DNA from: an uncultured Actinomycetes bacterium
GTDB taxonomy: Bacteria; Actinomycetota; Thermoleophilia; UBA2241
Length of the DNA: 64,000 bases
NCBI GenBank assembly: GCA_963767005.1
Contig: CAVYCN010000004.1
Span: forward strand, 64,001-128,000
Direction of reading: 5' to 3'
The position numbers were made by a program, and so were the translations under genes. The stretch's first letter is position 1. Every line of letters begins with the position of its first letter. Shown in pieces: positions 9,832 through 19,488 of the stretch. The notes beneath the pieces were generated by a model. That model was given only the letters and a program-made list of their open reading frames with translations. It was not told the DNA's origin and did no database searches.

Positions 9832-10061
9832 TGCCGACCTCCTCCTCCTCGCCGACGCCCTCGCCGCCGGTATCGGCCGGACCCCCGCCCCGGCTTACCG
9901 ACCGGCGTAGACCGTTCTGGCTATCAGCGCAGGCCGGTCTGGTCGTCCGCACGGCCGGACGGCGCGATCGTCCGCCGCCACTCCCCGTACGAAGGTCCCT
10001 TGAGGGAACCGGCCGCCGTGGTTGGAGTCGTGCCACCCGACGACGACGAAAGGAAGCCGAG

Positions 10062-10307
10062 ATGGCGACACGGCCGGATGCGCGAGAGGGCACGACGATC
10101 CCCGCGTCGCCGGGTGTGCGGACGGCCACGACGATCGCCGTCGCCGGCGACCGCATGGTCGACTGGCGCCTCGTGGGCGCCAGCGCGGCCAGCGCCGACC
10201 TCGACGTCGAGGGGGTCTGGCAGGCCGGCGCCACGTTCCAGCTCGTGCCGCAATCGCTCGGCGCCGACGTGACCGGCGGCCTGCTCGAGCTGGTCGCCGC
10301 CGGCTGA
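10062..10307 (+). CDS. Hypothetical 81-aa protein
   Basis: GAAAGGAAG before the ATG; coding-like codon usage in the second half; no recognisable family. Confidence 0.3.
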   Translation: MATRPDAREGTTIPASPGVRTATTIAVAGDRMVDWRLVGASAASADLDVEGVWQAGATFQLVPQSLGADVTGGLLELVAAG

Positions 10308-10357
10308 GGCGCGCCCGACTCGCAGCCGCGGGGCCGATCCGTTGTAGCATCGCCGCC

Positions 10358-11602
10358 ATGAGCGACGAACCGACGCGCGCGACGACACTCGGCCGGCGCC
10401 TGCGGGCCCTGCCGGCGAACGTCGTGGCGCTGGGCGTGGTCAGCCTCGTGGCCGACCTGAGCACCGAGATGATCTACCCGGTGTTCCCGGGCTTCGTGAC
10501 GAAGACCCTGGGTGCGTCGGCGGCCACGCTCGGCCTGATCGAGGGCACCGCCGAGGCCACGGCCAGCGTCAGCCGGTACCCCTTCGGCCGGCTCTCCGAC
10601 GCCCGTGGGCGGCGGCGGCGCTTCGTGCTGGGCGGTTACGGCCTGGCGGCGCTCGGCAAGCTCGTGCTCGCGCTCGCCTTCGTGTGGCCGGTCGCGCTCG
10701 GCGGCCGTTTTCTCGACCGCCTCGGCAAGGGCATGCGCACGGCGCCGCGCGACGCGCTGCTCGCGGCCGACGTCCGCGACGCCGACCGCGGCCTCGCGTT
10801 CGGCCTGCACCGCACCATGGACACGGCCGGCGCCGTCGTCGGTCCCCTGGCCACGCTGCTGCTGCTCCACCTCGGGGTGTCGCTGCGCTGGGTCTTCGCC
10901 CTGGCGGTCGTGCCCGGCGTCCTGAGCGTGCTCGTCATCTGGCGGAGCGTGCGCGAGCGAGCGGCGGGCGGCCCGCTCGCGGCGGGCGCGGCGCCGGCCG
11001 CCGCGCCCACCCGGCGACGCCTCGTCTCGTTGCCCTCGTCGCGGCGCTTCCGGCGCCTGCTCCTGGCCTCGCTCGTCTTTGCCGTCGGCAACTCGAGCAA
11101 CGCCTTCATCCTGCTCGAGGCGGGGCGCGTCGGTTTCAGCCCCGACACCGGCGTCATCCTCGTCTACGTGCTCTACAACCTGACCTACGCCGCCGGTTCG
11201 CTGCCCCTCGGCGACCTGTCCGACCGCATCGGCCAGCTCCCCGTGGTGGCCGGCGGCTTCGTCGTGTTCGCCGCCGTGTACGCCGGCCTCGCCGTGGCGC
11301 ACAGCATGGTCGCGGTCGCCCTGCTCTTCGCCGTCTACGGCCTCTACATCGCCGCGACCGAGGGCACCACCAAGGCGCTCATCAGCCGCACGGCGCCCGA
11401 GGCCGAGCGCGCCTCGGCCATGGGCTTCTTCGACACGACGGTCGGCATCGCCGGCTTCGCGGCGAGCGCGATCGGCGGGACGCTCTGGGTCGCGCTCGGG
11501 CCGTGGGCGACCTTCGCCTTCGGCGCGGCCACGGCGGTCGCCGCGGCCGCCCTGCTGTTCGCCTTCTCACGAGGGTTAGACACGCGCCCGCAGAACGTCT
11601 GA
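10358..11602 (+). CDS. MFS transporter
   Basis: 12 TM; GRLSDARGRRR motif A, DRLGKGMRTAPRDAL, GLHRTMDTAGAVVGP; TAGCAT -10 lies 7 nt before the ATG (leaderless). Confidence 0.92.
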   Translation: MSDEPTRATTLGRRLRALPANVVALGVVSLVADLSTEMIYPVFPGFVTKTLGASAATLGLIEGTAEATASVSRYPFGRLSDARGRRRRFVLGGYGLAALGKLVLALAFVWPVALGGRFLDRLGKGMRTAPRDALLAADVRDADRGLAFGLHRTMDTAGAVVGPLATLLLLHLGVSLRWVFALAVVPGVLSVLVIWRSVRERAAGGPLAAGAAPAAAPTRRRLVSLPSSRRFRRLLLASLVFAVGNSSNAFILLEAGRVGFSPDTGVILVYVLYNLTYAAGSLPLGDLSDRIGQLPVVAGGFVVFAAVYAGLAVAHSMVAVALLFAVYGLYIAATEGTTKALISRTAPEAERASAMGFFDTTVGIAGFAASAIGGTLWVALGPWATFAFGAATAVAAAALLFAFSRGLDTRPQNV

Positions 11603-11723
11603 GGCGATACGAACGACACCGGGTCGGGGCGCCGGTGACCGGCGTCGTCTCCGTCCCGTCGCGACGGCGCCGCCGCCACGACGGGGCCTGGGACCCGCGG
11701 ACGACGACCAAGGAGAGGCCGCC

Positions 11724-12968
11724 ATGGGATCGATCGTGACCGGACAGCGCCGCGGTGCACGCCGGGCGGTAGCGAGTCTCGGGGCCGTCACCCTCGTGCT
11801 GGCGCTCGGCCTCACGGCCGCCCTGACCGCCTGCGGCGGCGGCAATCCCACGCCCGCGGCGACGGTGACCGTCACGGCCAGCGCGTCGCCGAGCACCTCG
11901 TCGGCAGCCACCTCACCCAGCGCCGCGCCGAGCATCAAGGCCCAGCTCGTGGTCGCCGTCGCGAGCGGCGCCAAGGCGAGCGGCATCAGCGTCGTGAACG
12001 GCAGCGGCGTCGTGAAGCAGCTCATCGCCCCCAGCGGCGGCCCTGTCAGCGATCTTGCCTGGTCGCCCGACGGCACGCGCCTTGCCTTCTTGCGCGCCGC
12101 GAGCGAAAGCGACTCGGCGAGCAGCCTCTTCGTCTACGACACGCGCACCGCGACCGTGAGCCAGGTGCCGGTCGGAGTCTCGCCGGCGACCATCGGCAGC
12201 TACGCCTGGGTGAGCGCGGCGCGCCTCATCGCGGCGTACTTTCCGGCCGGGGCGAAGACTTATCGCGTGAACGGCAAGCTCTGGCTGCGCGACGTGGCCA
12301 AGGGCGTGGGCTGGCCGGCCAAGGACGCCGGCGGCCACCTGGTGAAGGGCTCCAGCGTCTCGGCGTCCGCCGACGGCACGCGCGTGGCCTACGTCAGCTA
12401 CGGGACACCGACCAGCGCCACCATTCCCGAGAAGCTCCACGTCCTCGACACCGGCACCCTCACCGTGTCGACGGTGACGACAGGGCAGGCGCCGGGTGGC
12501 ATCGATGGCGATCAGCTCACCTGGCCGGTGATCTCGCCCGACGGCTCGATGATCGCCACCGAGCAGACCGGCAGCGACATCGGCTTCGGTCTGACCGTCT
12601 ACGCGCTCGACGGCACCAAGCGGTTCCAGGCGAGTGGCCTGGTCTGGCCGGCGCAGCCGGCCTGGACGAGCCAGGGTCAGCGCCTCGCCTTCGGCGGCGC
12701 CCTCGGCGCGACCGGCGGTGAGATCGACTCGCTCAACGTCTGGACGCCCGGTGCGAGCGCCGCGCAGGCCGTCGTGACCGGCCTCAAGCGTCCCGTGACC
12801 GGCGTGGCCTGGACGCCAAAGGCCTCGCAGATCGCCTATGCCGTGAGCGATGCGACCGGCCTGCAGAGCGTCCTGTGGATCGCGACCGCCGGCGGCGCGA
12901 ACCGCCACGTCCTGATCGCTCACGGCAACTCGCCGGCCTGGGCGATCGCCCCGATCGCCTTCCCCTGA
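11724..12968 (+). CDS. Lipoprotein with TolB-like (PD40/WD40) beta-propeller
   Basis: SD AAGGAGAGG; lipobox LTAC; Ser/Thr/Pro linker; repeats AWSPDGTRLAF, SADGTRVAY, SPDGSMIA, AWTPKASQIAY. Confidence 0.8.
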   Translation: MGSIVTGQRRGARRAVASLGAVTLVLALGLTAALTACGGGNPTPAATVTVTASASPSTSSAATSPSAAPSIKAQLVVAVASGAKASGISVVNGSGVVKQLIAPSGGPVSDLAWSPDGTRLAFLRAASESDSASSLFVYDTRTATVSQVPVGVSPATIGSYAWVSAARLIAAYFPAGAKTYRVNGKLWLRDVAKGVGWPAKDAGGHLVKGSSVSASADGTRVAYVSYGTPTSATIPEKLHVLDTGTLTVSTVTTGQAPGGIDGDQLTWPVISPDGSMIATEQTGSDIGFGLTVYALDGTKRFQASGLVWPAQPAWTSQGQRLAFGGALGATGGEIDSLNVWTPGASAAQAVVTGLKRPVTGVAWTPKASQIAYAVSDATGLQSVLWIATAGGANRHVLIAHGNSPAWAIAPIAFP

Positions 12969-12976
12969 TACGCGAG

Positions 12977-13017
12977 AGAGGCGGGCGGGCGGCTCGAGCA
13001 GCCGCCCGCCCGCCTCT
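12977..13017 (+). terminator. Intrinsic terminator hairpin
   Basis: agaggcgggcgggcggct-cgagc-agccgcccgcccgcctct, 18-bp perfect stem just after the stop at 12968. Confidence 0.7.
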
Positions 13018-13066
13018 TGTGAAATAACGGACAAGTATTGCCCGCTTTCTGGCGCGCCTTTACACT
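13017..13066 (+). promoter_or_regulatory. Sigma70-type promoter of the hdr-flx operon with adjacent Rex-like operator
   Basis: TTGCCC(13038-43)-17 nt-TACACT(13061-66); TTGTGAAATAACGGACAA (13017-34) resembles the Rex consensus TTGTGAA-N4-TTCACAA with 3 mismatches in the right half. Confidence 0.55.
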
Positions 13067-13136
13067 ACGAACATAGCTCTTACTTCGCGACGATACAGGC
13101 CGGCCGCACGATCGGCACCCCGGGCCACCCCGCGCG

Positions 13137-13811
13137 GTGCACCCGCGACGAGAGGCAGACGCCACGACCACGCCGCTCACCTCGACCCCGACTTCTCCGG
13201 CGAGACCCACGCCGGCCGGCCGGCCGGCCTCTCCGGAGCCCCTGGCCGCCTACGTCCGCCGCACGGCCGGGACCGACGTGGCGCGCTGCTACCAGTGCGG
13301 CAAGTGCTCGGCCGGCTGCCCGATGGGCCCGGAGATGGCGCTGCCGCCGCATGCGATCATGCGTCTCACGCTCGCCGACGACCGCGCCCGCCTGTTCGCC
13401 GACGACTCGCTCTGGCTGTGTCTCACCTGCGAGACCTGCAGCGCGCGCTGCCCCAAGGACGTCGACCCGGCGCGCGTGATCGACGCGCTGCGCGAGCTCG
13501 CGGCCGTCGAGGGCGCGGCGCACGCCCCGCGCGCGGTGCACGCCTTCCACCAGTCGTTCCTCGAGCAGATCCGCACGAACGGCCGCCTGTCCGAGGTGGG
13601 CCTCGTCATGCAGTACAAGCTGCGCGGCGGCGGGCTGCTGCAGGACGTCACGACCGCGCCGGCGATGCTGCGCCGCGGCAAGCTGCCGCTGCGCCCCCAG
13701 CGCATCGCCGGCGTGGCCGACGTGCGGCGCCTCATGGCGGCCTGCAAGCGGGAGCGCGCCCACAGCGCCCACTGCGCCGACTGGCCGGCCGACGGCGGAG
13801 GGCCGGCGTGA
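13137..13811 (+). CDS. hdrC: Heterodisulfide reductase subunit C-like (2x[4Fe-4S])
   Basis: CYQCGKCSAGCP and WLCLTCETCSARCP; start uncertain. Confidence 0.88.
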   Translation: MHPRREADATTTPLTSTPTSPARPTPAGRPASPEPLAAYVRRTAGTDVARCYQCGKCSAGCPMGPEMALPPHAIMRLTLADDRARLFADDSLWLCLTCETCSARCPKDVDPARVIDALRELAAVEGAAHAPRAVHAFHQSFLEQIRTNGRLSEVGLVMQYKLRGGGLLQDVTTAPAMLRRGKLPLRPQRIAGVADVRRLMAACKRERAHSAHCADWPADGGGPA

Positions 13812-14767
13812 GCCTCGCCTACTACCCCGGCTGCTCCATGCACGGCACCTCGCGCGAGTACGAGGAGAGCCTGCTGGCCGTGGCGGTCGCGCTCGACGTC
13901 GAGCTCGACGAGCTCGACGACTGGAGCTGCTGCGGGGCCAGCTCGGCGCACGCCGCCGACCACCTGCTGGGCGTCGCCCTGCCGGCTCGCAACCTGGCCC
14001 TCGCCGAGGCCCAGGGTGCCGACCGCGTCCTCGCGCCCTGCGCCGCCTGCTACAACCGCCTGTCGGGCGCGGCCCATGCGGTCGCCGCCGAGCCCGGCAT
14101 GGCGCCCAGGGTACGCGACGTGCTCGAGCGGCCGTTCGCGAACACCGTCAAGGTGGTCAGCATCGTGGAGCTGCTCCAGGGCCTCGCGCCGGCCATCGAG
14201 GAGCGCGTCGCGGCACGCCTCGAACCCAACCCGCTCGCGCACCTGAGCGTGGCCGCCTACTGGGGCTGCCTGCTGGTGCGGCCGGCCGACGCGACCGGCT
14301 TCGACGACACGGAGCGGCCGGTCGGCATGGACGAGGTGGTCGCCGCCTGCGGCGCCCGCCCGGCGCGCTGGAACATGGCGGTCGAGTGCTGCGGCGGGGC
14401 CTTCTCGATCGCGCGCACGAGCTCGGTCCTGCGCCTGAGCCGGGCCATCATCGACGACGCCCGGCGCTGCGGCGCCGACGCCATCGTCGCGGCCTGCCCG
14501 CTCTGTCACGCCAACCTCGATTTTCGCCAGAGCGCGATGAGCCTGAAGGGCGCCCCACCGATGCCCGTGCTCTACATCACTCAGCTCGTCGGCCTCGCCC
14601 TGGGGCTGCCGCTCGACCTGCTCGGCTTCGAGCGCCACTTCGTCGACACCCAGCCGCTCCTCGCGCGCCTGGCCGGCGACGCGCGGCGGGCGGCCGCTGA
14701 GGCCGCCGCACGCGAGGCGGCCCGGGCGGCGAAGGCCGCCGCCGGCACGACCGGAGCCGCGACGTGA
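13808..14767 (+). CDS. hdrB: Heterodisulfide reductase subunit B-like (CCG domains)
   Basis: YYPGCS, DWSCCGA, PCAACY, YWGCLL, ECCGG, ACPLCHANLD; GTGA overlap with hdrC. Confidence 0.92.
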   Translation: MSLAYYPGCSMHGTSREYEESLLAVAVALDVELDELDDWSCCGASSAHAADHLLGVALPARNLALAEAQGADRVLAPCAACYNRLSGAAHAVAAEPGMAPRVRDVLERPFANTVKVVSIVELLQGLAPAIEERVAARLEPNPLAHLSVAAYWGCLLVRPADATGFDDTERPVGMDEVVAACGARPARWNMAVECCGGAFSIARTSSVLRLSRAIIDDARRCGADAIVAACPLCHANLDFRQSAMSLKGAPPMPVLYITQLVGLALGLPLDLLGFERHFVDTQPLLARLAGDARRAAAEAAAREAARAAKAAAGTTGAAT

Positions 14768-16788
14768 GCCGCATCGGCGTCTTCGTCTGCCACTGCGGCG
14801 AGAACATCGCCCGCACGGTCGACTGCGCCGCGGTCGCCGACGCCCTGCGCGAGCACCCCGGCGTGGTGCGCGCCGAGGACTATAAGTACATGTGCTCCGA
14901 CCCGGGCCAGCAGCTCGTGAAGAGGGCGATCGAGGAGGACGGCCTCACCGGTGTCGTGGTCTGCGCCTGCTCGCCGCACATGCACGAGGCGACCTTCCGC
15001 CGCGCGGCCGCCCAGGCCGGCCTCAACCCCTTCGTGGTCGAGATGGCCAACATCCGCGAGCACTGCTCGTGGATCCACGACGACCGCGAGCGCGCCACGG
15101 CCAAGGCGATCGACATCGGCCGCACCCTCGTGGAAAAGGTCAAGCAGGACCGGCCGCTCGATACCATTCGCATCCCCGTCACCAAGCGGGCGCTGGTGAT
15201 CGGCGGCGGCATCGCCGGCATCCAGGCGGCGCTCGACATCGCCGACGGCGGGCACGAGGTCGTGCTGGTCGAGAGGGAGGCCTCGATCGGCGGCCATATG
15301 AGCCAGCTCTCCGAGACCTTCCCCACGCTCGACTGCTCGCAGTGCATCCTCACGCCGCGCATGGTCGAAACCTACCAGCACCCGCGCATCACACTGCACA
15401 CCTGGAGCGAGATCGAGAAGGTCGACGGCTACATCGGCAACTTCAGCGTGACGATCCGCAAGAAGGCGCGCTCGGTCGATGAGGACCTGTGCAACGGCTG
15501 CGGCGACTGCCAGGCGGCCTGCCCGAACCGCAGGATCACGAGCGAGTTCGACGCCGGGCTGGGCAAGCGCACCGCGATCTCCACCCCGTTCCCCCAGGCC
15601 GTCCCCAACATCCCGGTGCTCGACCGCGCCAACTGCACGCTGTTCAAGGGCCGCGCCAAGGGACTCAAAAAGGACGCCTGCGGCAAGTGCAAGGAGGCCT
15701 GCCTGAAGGGCGCGATCGACTACGACTCCGAGGACACGTTCGTGACCGAGGAGGTCGGCGCGATCGTGGTGGCGACCGGTTTCCAGCTCTACGACATCGG
15801 CCGCGAGCAGCCGGCGGGCCTCAAGGGCTACGGCGAGTACGGCTACGGCGAGGTGCCCGACGTGATCGACGGCCTCCAGTTCGAGCGCCTGGCGAGCGCG
15901 TCCGGGCCGACCGGCGGCGAGATCGTGCGGCCCTCCGACGGCGCCGTGCCCAAAACGGTCGTGTTCGTCAAGTGCGTGGGCTCGCGCGACCCCGAGAAGG
16001 GCATGGCCTACTGCTCCAAGATCTGCTGCATGTACACGGCCAAGCACACCATGCTCTACAAGCACAAGGTGCACGACGGGCGCGCCGTGGTCTTCTACAT
16101 GGACATCAGGGCCGCGGGCAAGGGCTACGACGAGTTCAGCCGGCGGGCGATCGAGGAGGACGGCGCCGAGTACGTGCGCGGGCGGGTGAGCCGCATCTTC
16201 CGCGACGGCGACGTGGTGAAGGTCTGGGGCTACGACACCCTGGCCGACCGCCAGGTCGTGATCGACGCCGACATGGTCGTGCTGGCCACCGCCGTGCGAC
16301 CCCAGCCCGGCATCGCCGAGCTCGCCCAGAAGCTGTCGGTGAGCTACGACCAGGACGGCTTTCTGAACGAGGCCCATCCCAAGCTGCGCCCGGTCGAGAC
16401 CAACACCGCCGGCGTCTACCTGGCCGGCGCCTGCCAGGCGCCGCGCGACATCCCCGAGTCGGTCGCCATGGCAGGCGCGACGGCGGCCAAGGTGCTCGGC
16501 CTGTTCAGCGCCGACGAGCTCGAGCGCGACCCGTCGGTGGCCCTGGTGAACGAACGCACCTGCAGCGGCTGCTTTCACTGCGAGCGCGTCTGTCCCTACG
16601 GTGCGATCGAGCATCGCGACGTCTGCGACATGGAGGGCCACGTCTGCGGTCACGTCGCCTGGGTCAACCCCGGCGTCTGCCAGGGCTGCGGCACCTGCGT
16701 GGCAGTGTGCCCCTCGAAGAGCGTTGAGCTGGCCGGCTTCACCGACAGCCAGGTCTATGCCGAGATAAACGCGCTGGCGGGATGGTGA
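14764..16788 (+). CDS. hdrA: Heterodisulfide reductase subunit A (FAD, electron-bifurcating)
   Basis: RIGVFVCHCGENI, ACSPHMHE, NIREHCSW, GGGIAGI, TFPTLDCSQCIL, CVGSRD, YCSKICCMY, ferredoxin inserts. Confidence 0.95.
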   Translation: MSRIGVFVCHCGENIARTVDCAAVADALREHPGVVRAEDYKYMCSDPGQQLVKRAIEEDGLTGVVVCACSPHMHEATFRRAAAQAGLNPFVVEMANIREHCSWIHDDRERATAKAIDIGRTLVEKVKQDRPLDTIRIPVTKRALVIGGGIAGIQAALDIADGGHEVVLVEREASIGGHMSQLSETFPTLDCSQCILTPRMVETYQHPRITLHTWSEIEKVDGYIGNFSVTIRKKARSVDEDLCNGCGDCQAACPNRRITSEFDAGLGKRTAISTPFPQAVPNIPVLDRANCTLFKGRAKGLKKDACGKCKEACLKGAIDYDSEDTFVTEEVGAIVVATGFQLYDIGREQPAGLKGYGEYGYGEVPDVIDGLQFERLASASGPTGGEIVRPSDGAVPKTVVFVKCVGSRDPEKGMAYCSKICCMYTAKHTMLYKHKVHDGRAVVFYMDIRAAGKGYDEFSRRAIEEDGAEYVRGRVSRIFRDGDVVKVWGYDTLADRQVVIDADMVVLATAVRPQPGIAELAQKLSVSYDQDGFLNEAHPKLRPVETNTAGVYLAGACQAPRDIPESVAMAGATAAKVLGLFSADELERDPSVALVNERTCSGCFHCERVCPYGAIEHRDVCDMEGHVCGHVAWVNPGVCQGCGTCVAVCPSKSVELAGFTDSQVYAEINALAGW

Positions 16789-16794
16789 GCGTCG

Positions 16795-17379
16795 ATGCCT
16801 GAGACGACGAGCGACGGCCGCGAGTCGAGGATCTTCGAGCCGCGCATCACCGCCTTCGTGTGCAACTGGTGCACCTATACCGGCGCCGACCTGGCCGGCA
16901 CGAGCCGGCTGCCCATGGCGAGCAACGTGCGCATCATCCGCCTGCCCTGTACCGGCCGCATCGACCACCTCTTCATCGTCAAGGCCTTCGAGCGCGGCGC
17001 CGACGGGGTGATCGTGAGCGGCTGCCACCCGGCCGACTGTCACTACACGGCCGGCAACTACCACGCCCGGCGCCGCTTCGGCGTGTTCCGCGAGCTGCTC
17101 TCGTTCCTGGGTGTCGACCCCCGCCGCCTGACCTTCTCGTGGGTCTCGGCCTCGGAGGGCGGCAAGTGGGCCGCGGTCGTGAACGAGACGGTCGCCCGGG
17201 TGCGCGAGCTGGGGCCGTTCGACGCCTATCACCGGCTCGCCGACGCGCCGCCGCCCGACGGCGACCCGTTCGCCGCGCTCGCGGGCACGGACGGCTCGCT
17301 CGAGGCGGCCGGCGGCGATGGAGCGTTCACAGTCGACGCCGCCGCCCCCGATCCGGCCGGCGAGGGGGGCGCCCGGTGA
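16795..17379 (+). CDS. flxD: MvhD/FlxD [2Fe-2S] subunit
   Basis: FVCNWCTYTGADLAG, RLPCTGR, GADGVIVSGCHPADCHY, WVSASEG. Confidence 0.9.
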   Translation: MPETTSDGRESRIFEPRITAFVCNWCTYTGADLAGTSRLPMASNVRIIRLPCTGRIDHLFIVKAFERGADGVIVSGCHPADCHYTAGNYHARRRFGVFRELLSFLGVDPRRLTFSWVSASEGGKWAAVVNETVARVRELGPFDAYHRLADAPPPDGDPFAALAGTDGSLEAAGGDGAFTVDAAAPDPAGEGGAR

Positions 17380-18254
17380 GCGAGCTGCAGGACACCGCCC
17401 GCCGCCTGCTCGAGGACGGCACGGTACAGGTGGTGATCGGCTGGGAGGCCGGTCGCCGCGGCGTCCGCCCGGCCTTCGTGACCGACGCCGCCGGCTGTGA
17501 CCGGCTCGTCTTCGACGCGCGCTGCGTGCACGACCTTGCCGTCTTTGTGAACCCGCGGCGCTCTCAGGTCGCCGCCCTCGGCAGGGCCGCCCTCGTGGTC
17601 AAGGGCTGCGACGCCAAGGCGGTGGCCGGGCTGCTGCGCGAGGCGCAGCTCACCCGCGACCAGGTCGTGCTCATCGGCGTGCGCTGCGGCGGCGTCGCGA
17701 CCGGCCCCGAGGGGTCCGAACCGCCGGCGCTCACCGCCGACACCGTCGCCGCGCGCTGTCACGGCTGCGACGTGCGCGAGCCGGCCGGCGTCGACGTGCT
17801 CGTCGGCGAGCCGCAGAAGGAGCTTCCCGTCGAGCCCACGCTCGACGAGCGCGTGGCGGCGCTCGACGCCCTGAGCCCCGCCGAGCGCCTCGCCTTCTGG
17901 ACCGCTGAGCTCGCGCGCTGCACGCAGTGCTACGCCTGCCGCCAGGCCTGCCCGCTGTGCTACTGCGAACGCTGCGTCGTCGAGAAGAGCGAGCCGCAGT
18001 GGATCGAGACCTCGCCGCACGCGCGCGGCAACTTCGCCTGGCATCTCACGCGCGCCCAGCACCTGGCCGGTCGCTGCGTGGGCTGCGGCGAGTGCGAACG
18101 GGCCTGCCCGGTCGGCATCCCCCTCGGCCTGATCAACCGCAAGCTGCAGCAGGTCGTCTACGAGCTCTACGGCTACACGGTGAGCGACGACCCGGCGGTG
18201 CCGGCGCCGATCGGCGCCTACGCCGTCGACGACACTCAGGACTTCATCCGATGA
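17376..18254 (+). CDS. flxC: FlxC-like 4Fe-4S protein
   Basis: KGCD; CTQCYACRQACPLCYCERC; HLAGRCVGCGECERACP; GTGA overlap with flxD. Confidence 0.82.
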   Translation: MSELQDTARRLLEDGTVQVVIGWEAGRRGVRPAFVTDAAGCDRLVFDARCVHDLAVFVNPRRSQVAALGRAALVVKGCDAKAVAGLLREAQLTRDQVVLIGVRCGGVATGPEGSEPPALTADTVAARCHGCDVREPAGVDVLVGEPQKELPVEPTLDERVAALDALSPAERLAFWTAELARCTQCYACRQACPLCYCERCVVEKSEPQWIETSPHARGNFAWHLTRAQHLAGRCVGCGECERACPVGIPLGLINRKLQQVVYELYGYTVSDDPAVPAPIGAYAVDDTQDFIR

Positions 18255-18313
18255 ACGACTTCATCGTCATCGCCCACGCCGGCGCGACGTTTGTTGCGCG
18301 CCTGGTCCGATGA
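18251..18313 (+). CDS. Putative 20-aa bridging mini-ORF (MNDFIVIAHAGATFVARLVR)
   Basis: ATGA overlap with the flxC stop and ATGA overlap with the flxB start. Confidence 0.3.
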   Translation: MNDFIVIAHAGATFVARLVR

Positions 18314-19488
18314 GCGAGCGGGCGACAGACGGCGGCCACGGTCCGGCGACGGTCGGCGACTCCGCCGCGGGCGCGGTGCCGCGCCGGGTCCTGCTGCTGA
18401 CCGACGACGCCGTCGCGGCGCTCGTCGAGGAGCTCGCCACCGCCGGCGCGCCGGCGGTGGCGCCGGCGTGGGCCGGCGGAGCCGGCCGCGCCGCCGACGC
18501 CCCCGGCGCGCCGCGCGAGACCGAGTACCGGCCGGTGACGGGCGCGGCCGAGCTCGCCTTCGGCGAGCGGCTGCCGCGCCTCTCCCTCAAGCAGCTCTTC
18601 CTGCCGCCGACCGAGGTGCTCTTCTCGTGGCGGCGCGGCGCCGGCGACGTCGAGCTCACCCCGGCGCCCACCGACGTGCCCGCGCGAGTCGTGCTCGGTG
18701 CGCGGCCCTGCGACGTCGCCGCCCTGCCGATCGTCGACCGCGTGATGAACTGGGACTACGCCGACGAGCTCTGGAACGCGCGGCGCGCGGCGACCACCGT
18801 CTTCAGCCTGGCCTGCGGCGTCGAGGACGGATCGTGCTTCTGCTCCGCCGTGTTCCTCGAGCCAGCGACGACCAGGGGCTCCGACGGACGGCTGACGCCG
18901 GTCGACGGCGGCTACCTGGTCGAGACGTTCAGCGACAAGGGCGACGCGTTCGTCGCGGCTCACGCCGACCGGTTCACCGATTCGCCCGCCGGCGCGGCGG
19001 GCGACGAGCTGCGCGGCCAGGCCGGCGCCTTCCGGGCCGCGGCTCGCGAGCGCGTCGCGGCCAATCTGCGCCTCGACCACGACCGCGTGCGCGACTGGCT
19101 CGAGCACCACTTCGACGACCCCTTCTGGGCCAGCCTCGGGCCGCGCTGCAACGGCTGTGGCGTGTGCTCGTCGGTCTGCCCCACGTGCCACTGCTTCGAC
19201 ATCGTCGACGAGCCCGAGAGCGTGGGCCGCGGCGTGCGGCGGCGCAACTGGGACACCTGCCAGACCTGCGTGTTCACGCTGCATGCCTCGGGCCACAACC
19301 CGCGCGCCGACCAGAACGCCCGCTACCGCCAGCGCGTCGAGCACAAGTTCCTCGTCTACCCGGCCCGCTTCGGCGACGTGCTCTGCACCGGCTGCGGCCG
19401 CTGCTCGCGCGCCTGCCCGACCGGGCAGGACCTGACCGAGATCCTGGCGGCGATCGGCGACCGCGCCGGCAGCGGAGCGCCGTCGTGA
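18310..19488 (+). CDS. flxB: FlxB-like (AsrA-type) 4Fe-4S protein
   Basis: GARPCD, CFC, CNGCGVCSSVCPTCHCFD, RRRNWDTC, CTGCGRCSRACP. Confidence 0.85.
   Translation: MSERATDGGHGPATVGDSAAGAVPRRVLLLTDDAVAALVEELATAGAPAVAPAWAGGAGRAADAPGAPRETEYRPVTGAAELAFGERLPRLSLKQLFLPPTEVLFSWRRGAGDVELTPAPTDVPARVVLGARPCDVAALPIVDRVMNWDYADELWNARRAATTVFSLACGVEDGSCFCSAVFLEPATTRGSDGRLTPVDGGYLVETFSDKGDAFVAAHADRFTDSPAGAAGDELRGQAGAFRAAARERVAANLRLDHDRVRDWLEHHFDDPFWASLGPRCNGCGVCSSVCPTCHCFDIVDEPESVGRGVRRRNWDTCQTCVFTLHASGHNPRADQNARYRQRVEHKFLVYPARFGDVLCTGCGRCSRACPTGQDLTEILAAIGDRAGSGAPS

Noticed and set aside
9840-10060. Structured RNA in the divergent intergenic region (ggtcccttgagggaacc hairpin)
   Set aside because: Only short GC hairpins; no recognisable riboswitch consensus.
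7895-11302. Very long alternative-frame ORFs (also 22958-26935, 14581-17232, 32692-35112, 59765-61594)
   Set aside because: Shadow ORFs typical of high-GC DNA; they overlap well-supported genes and are Arg/Ala/Gly-rich without motifs.
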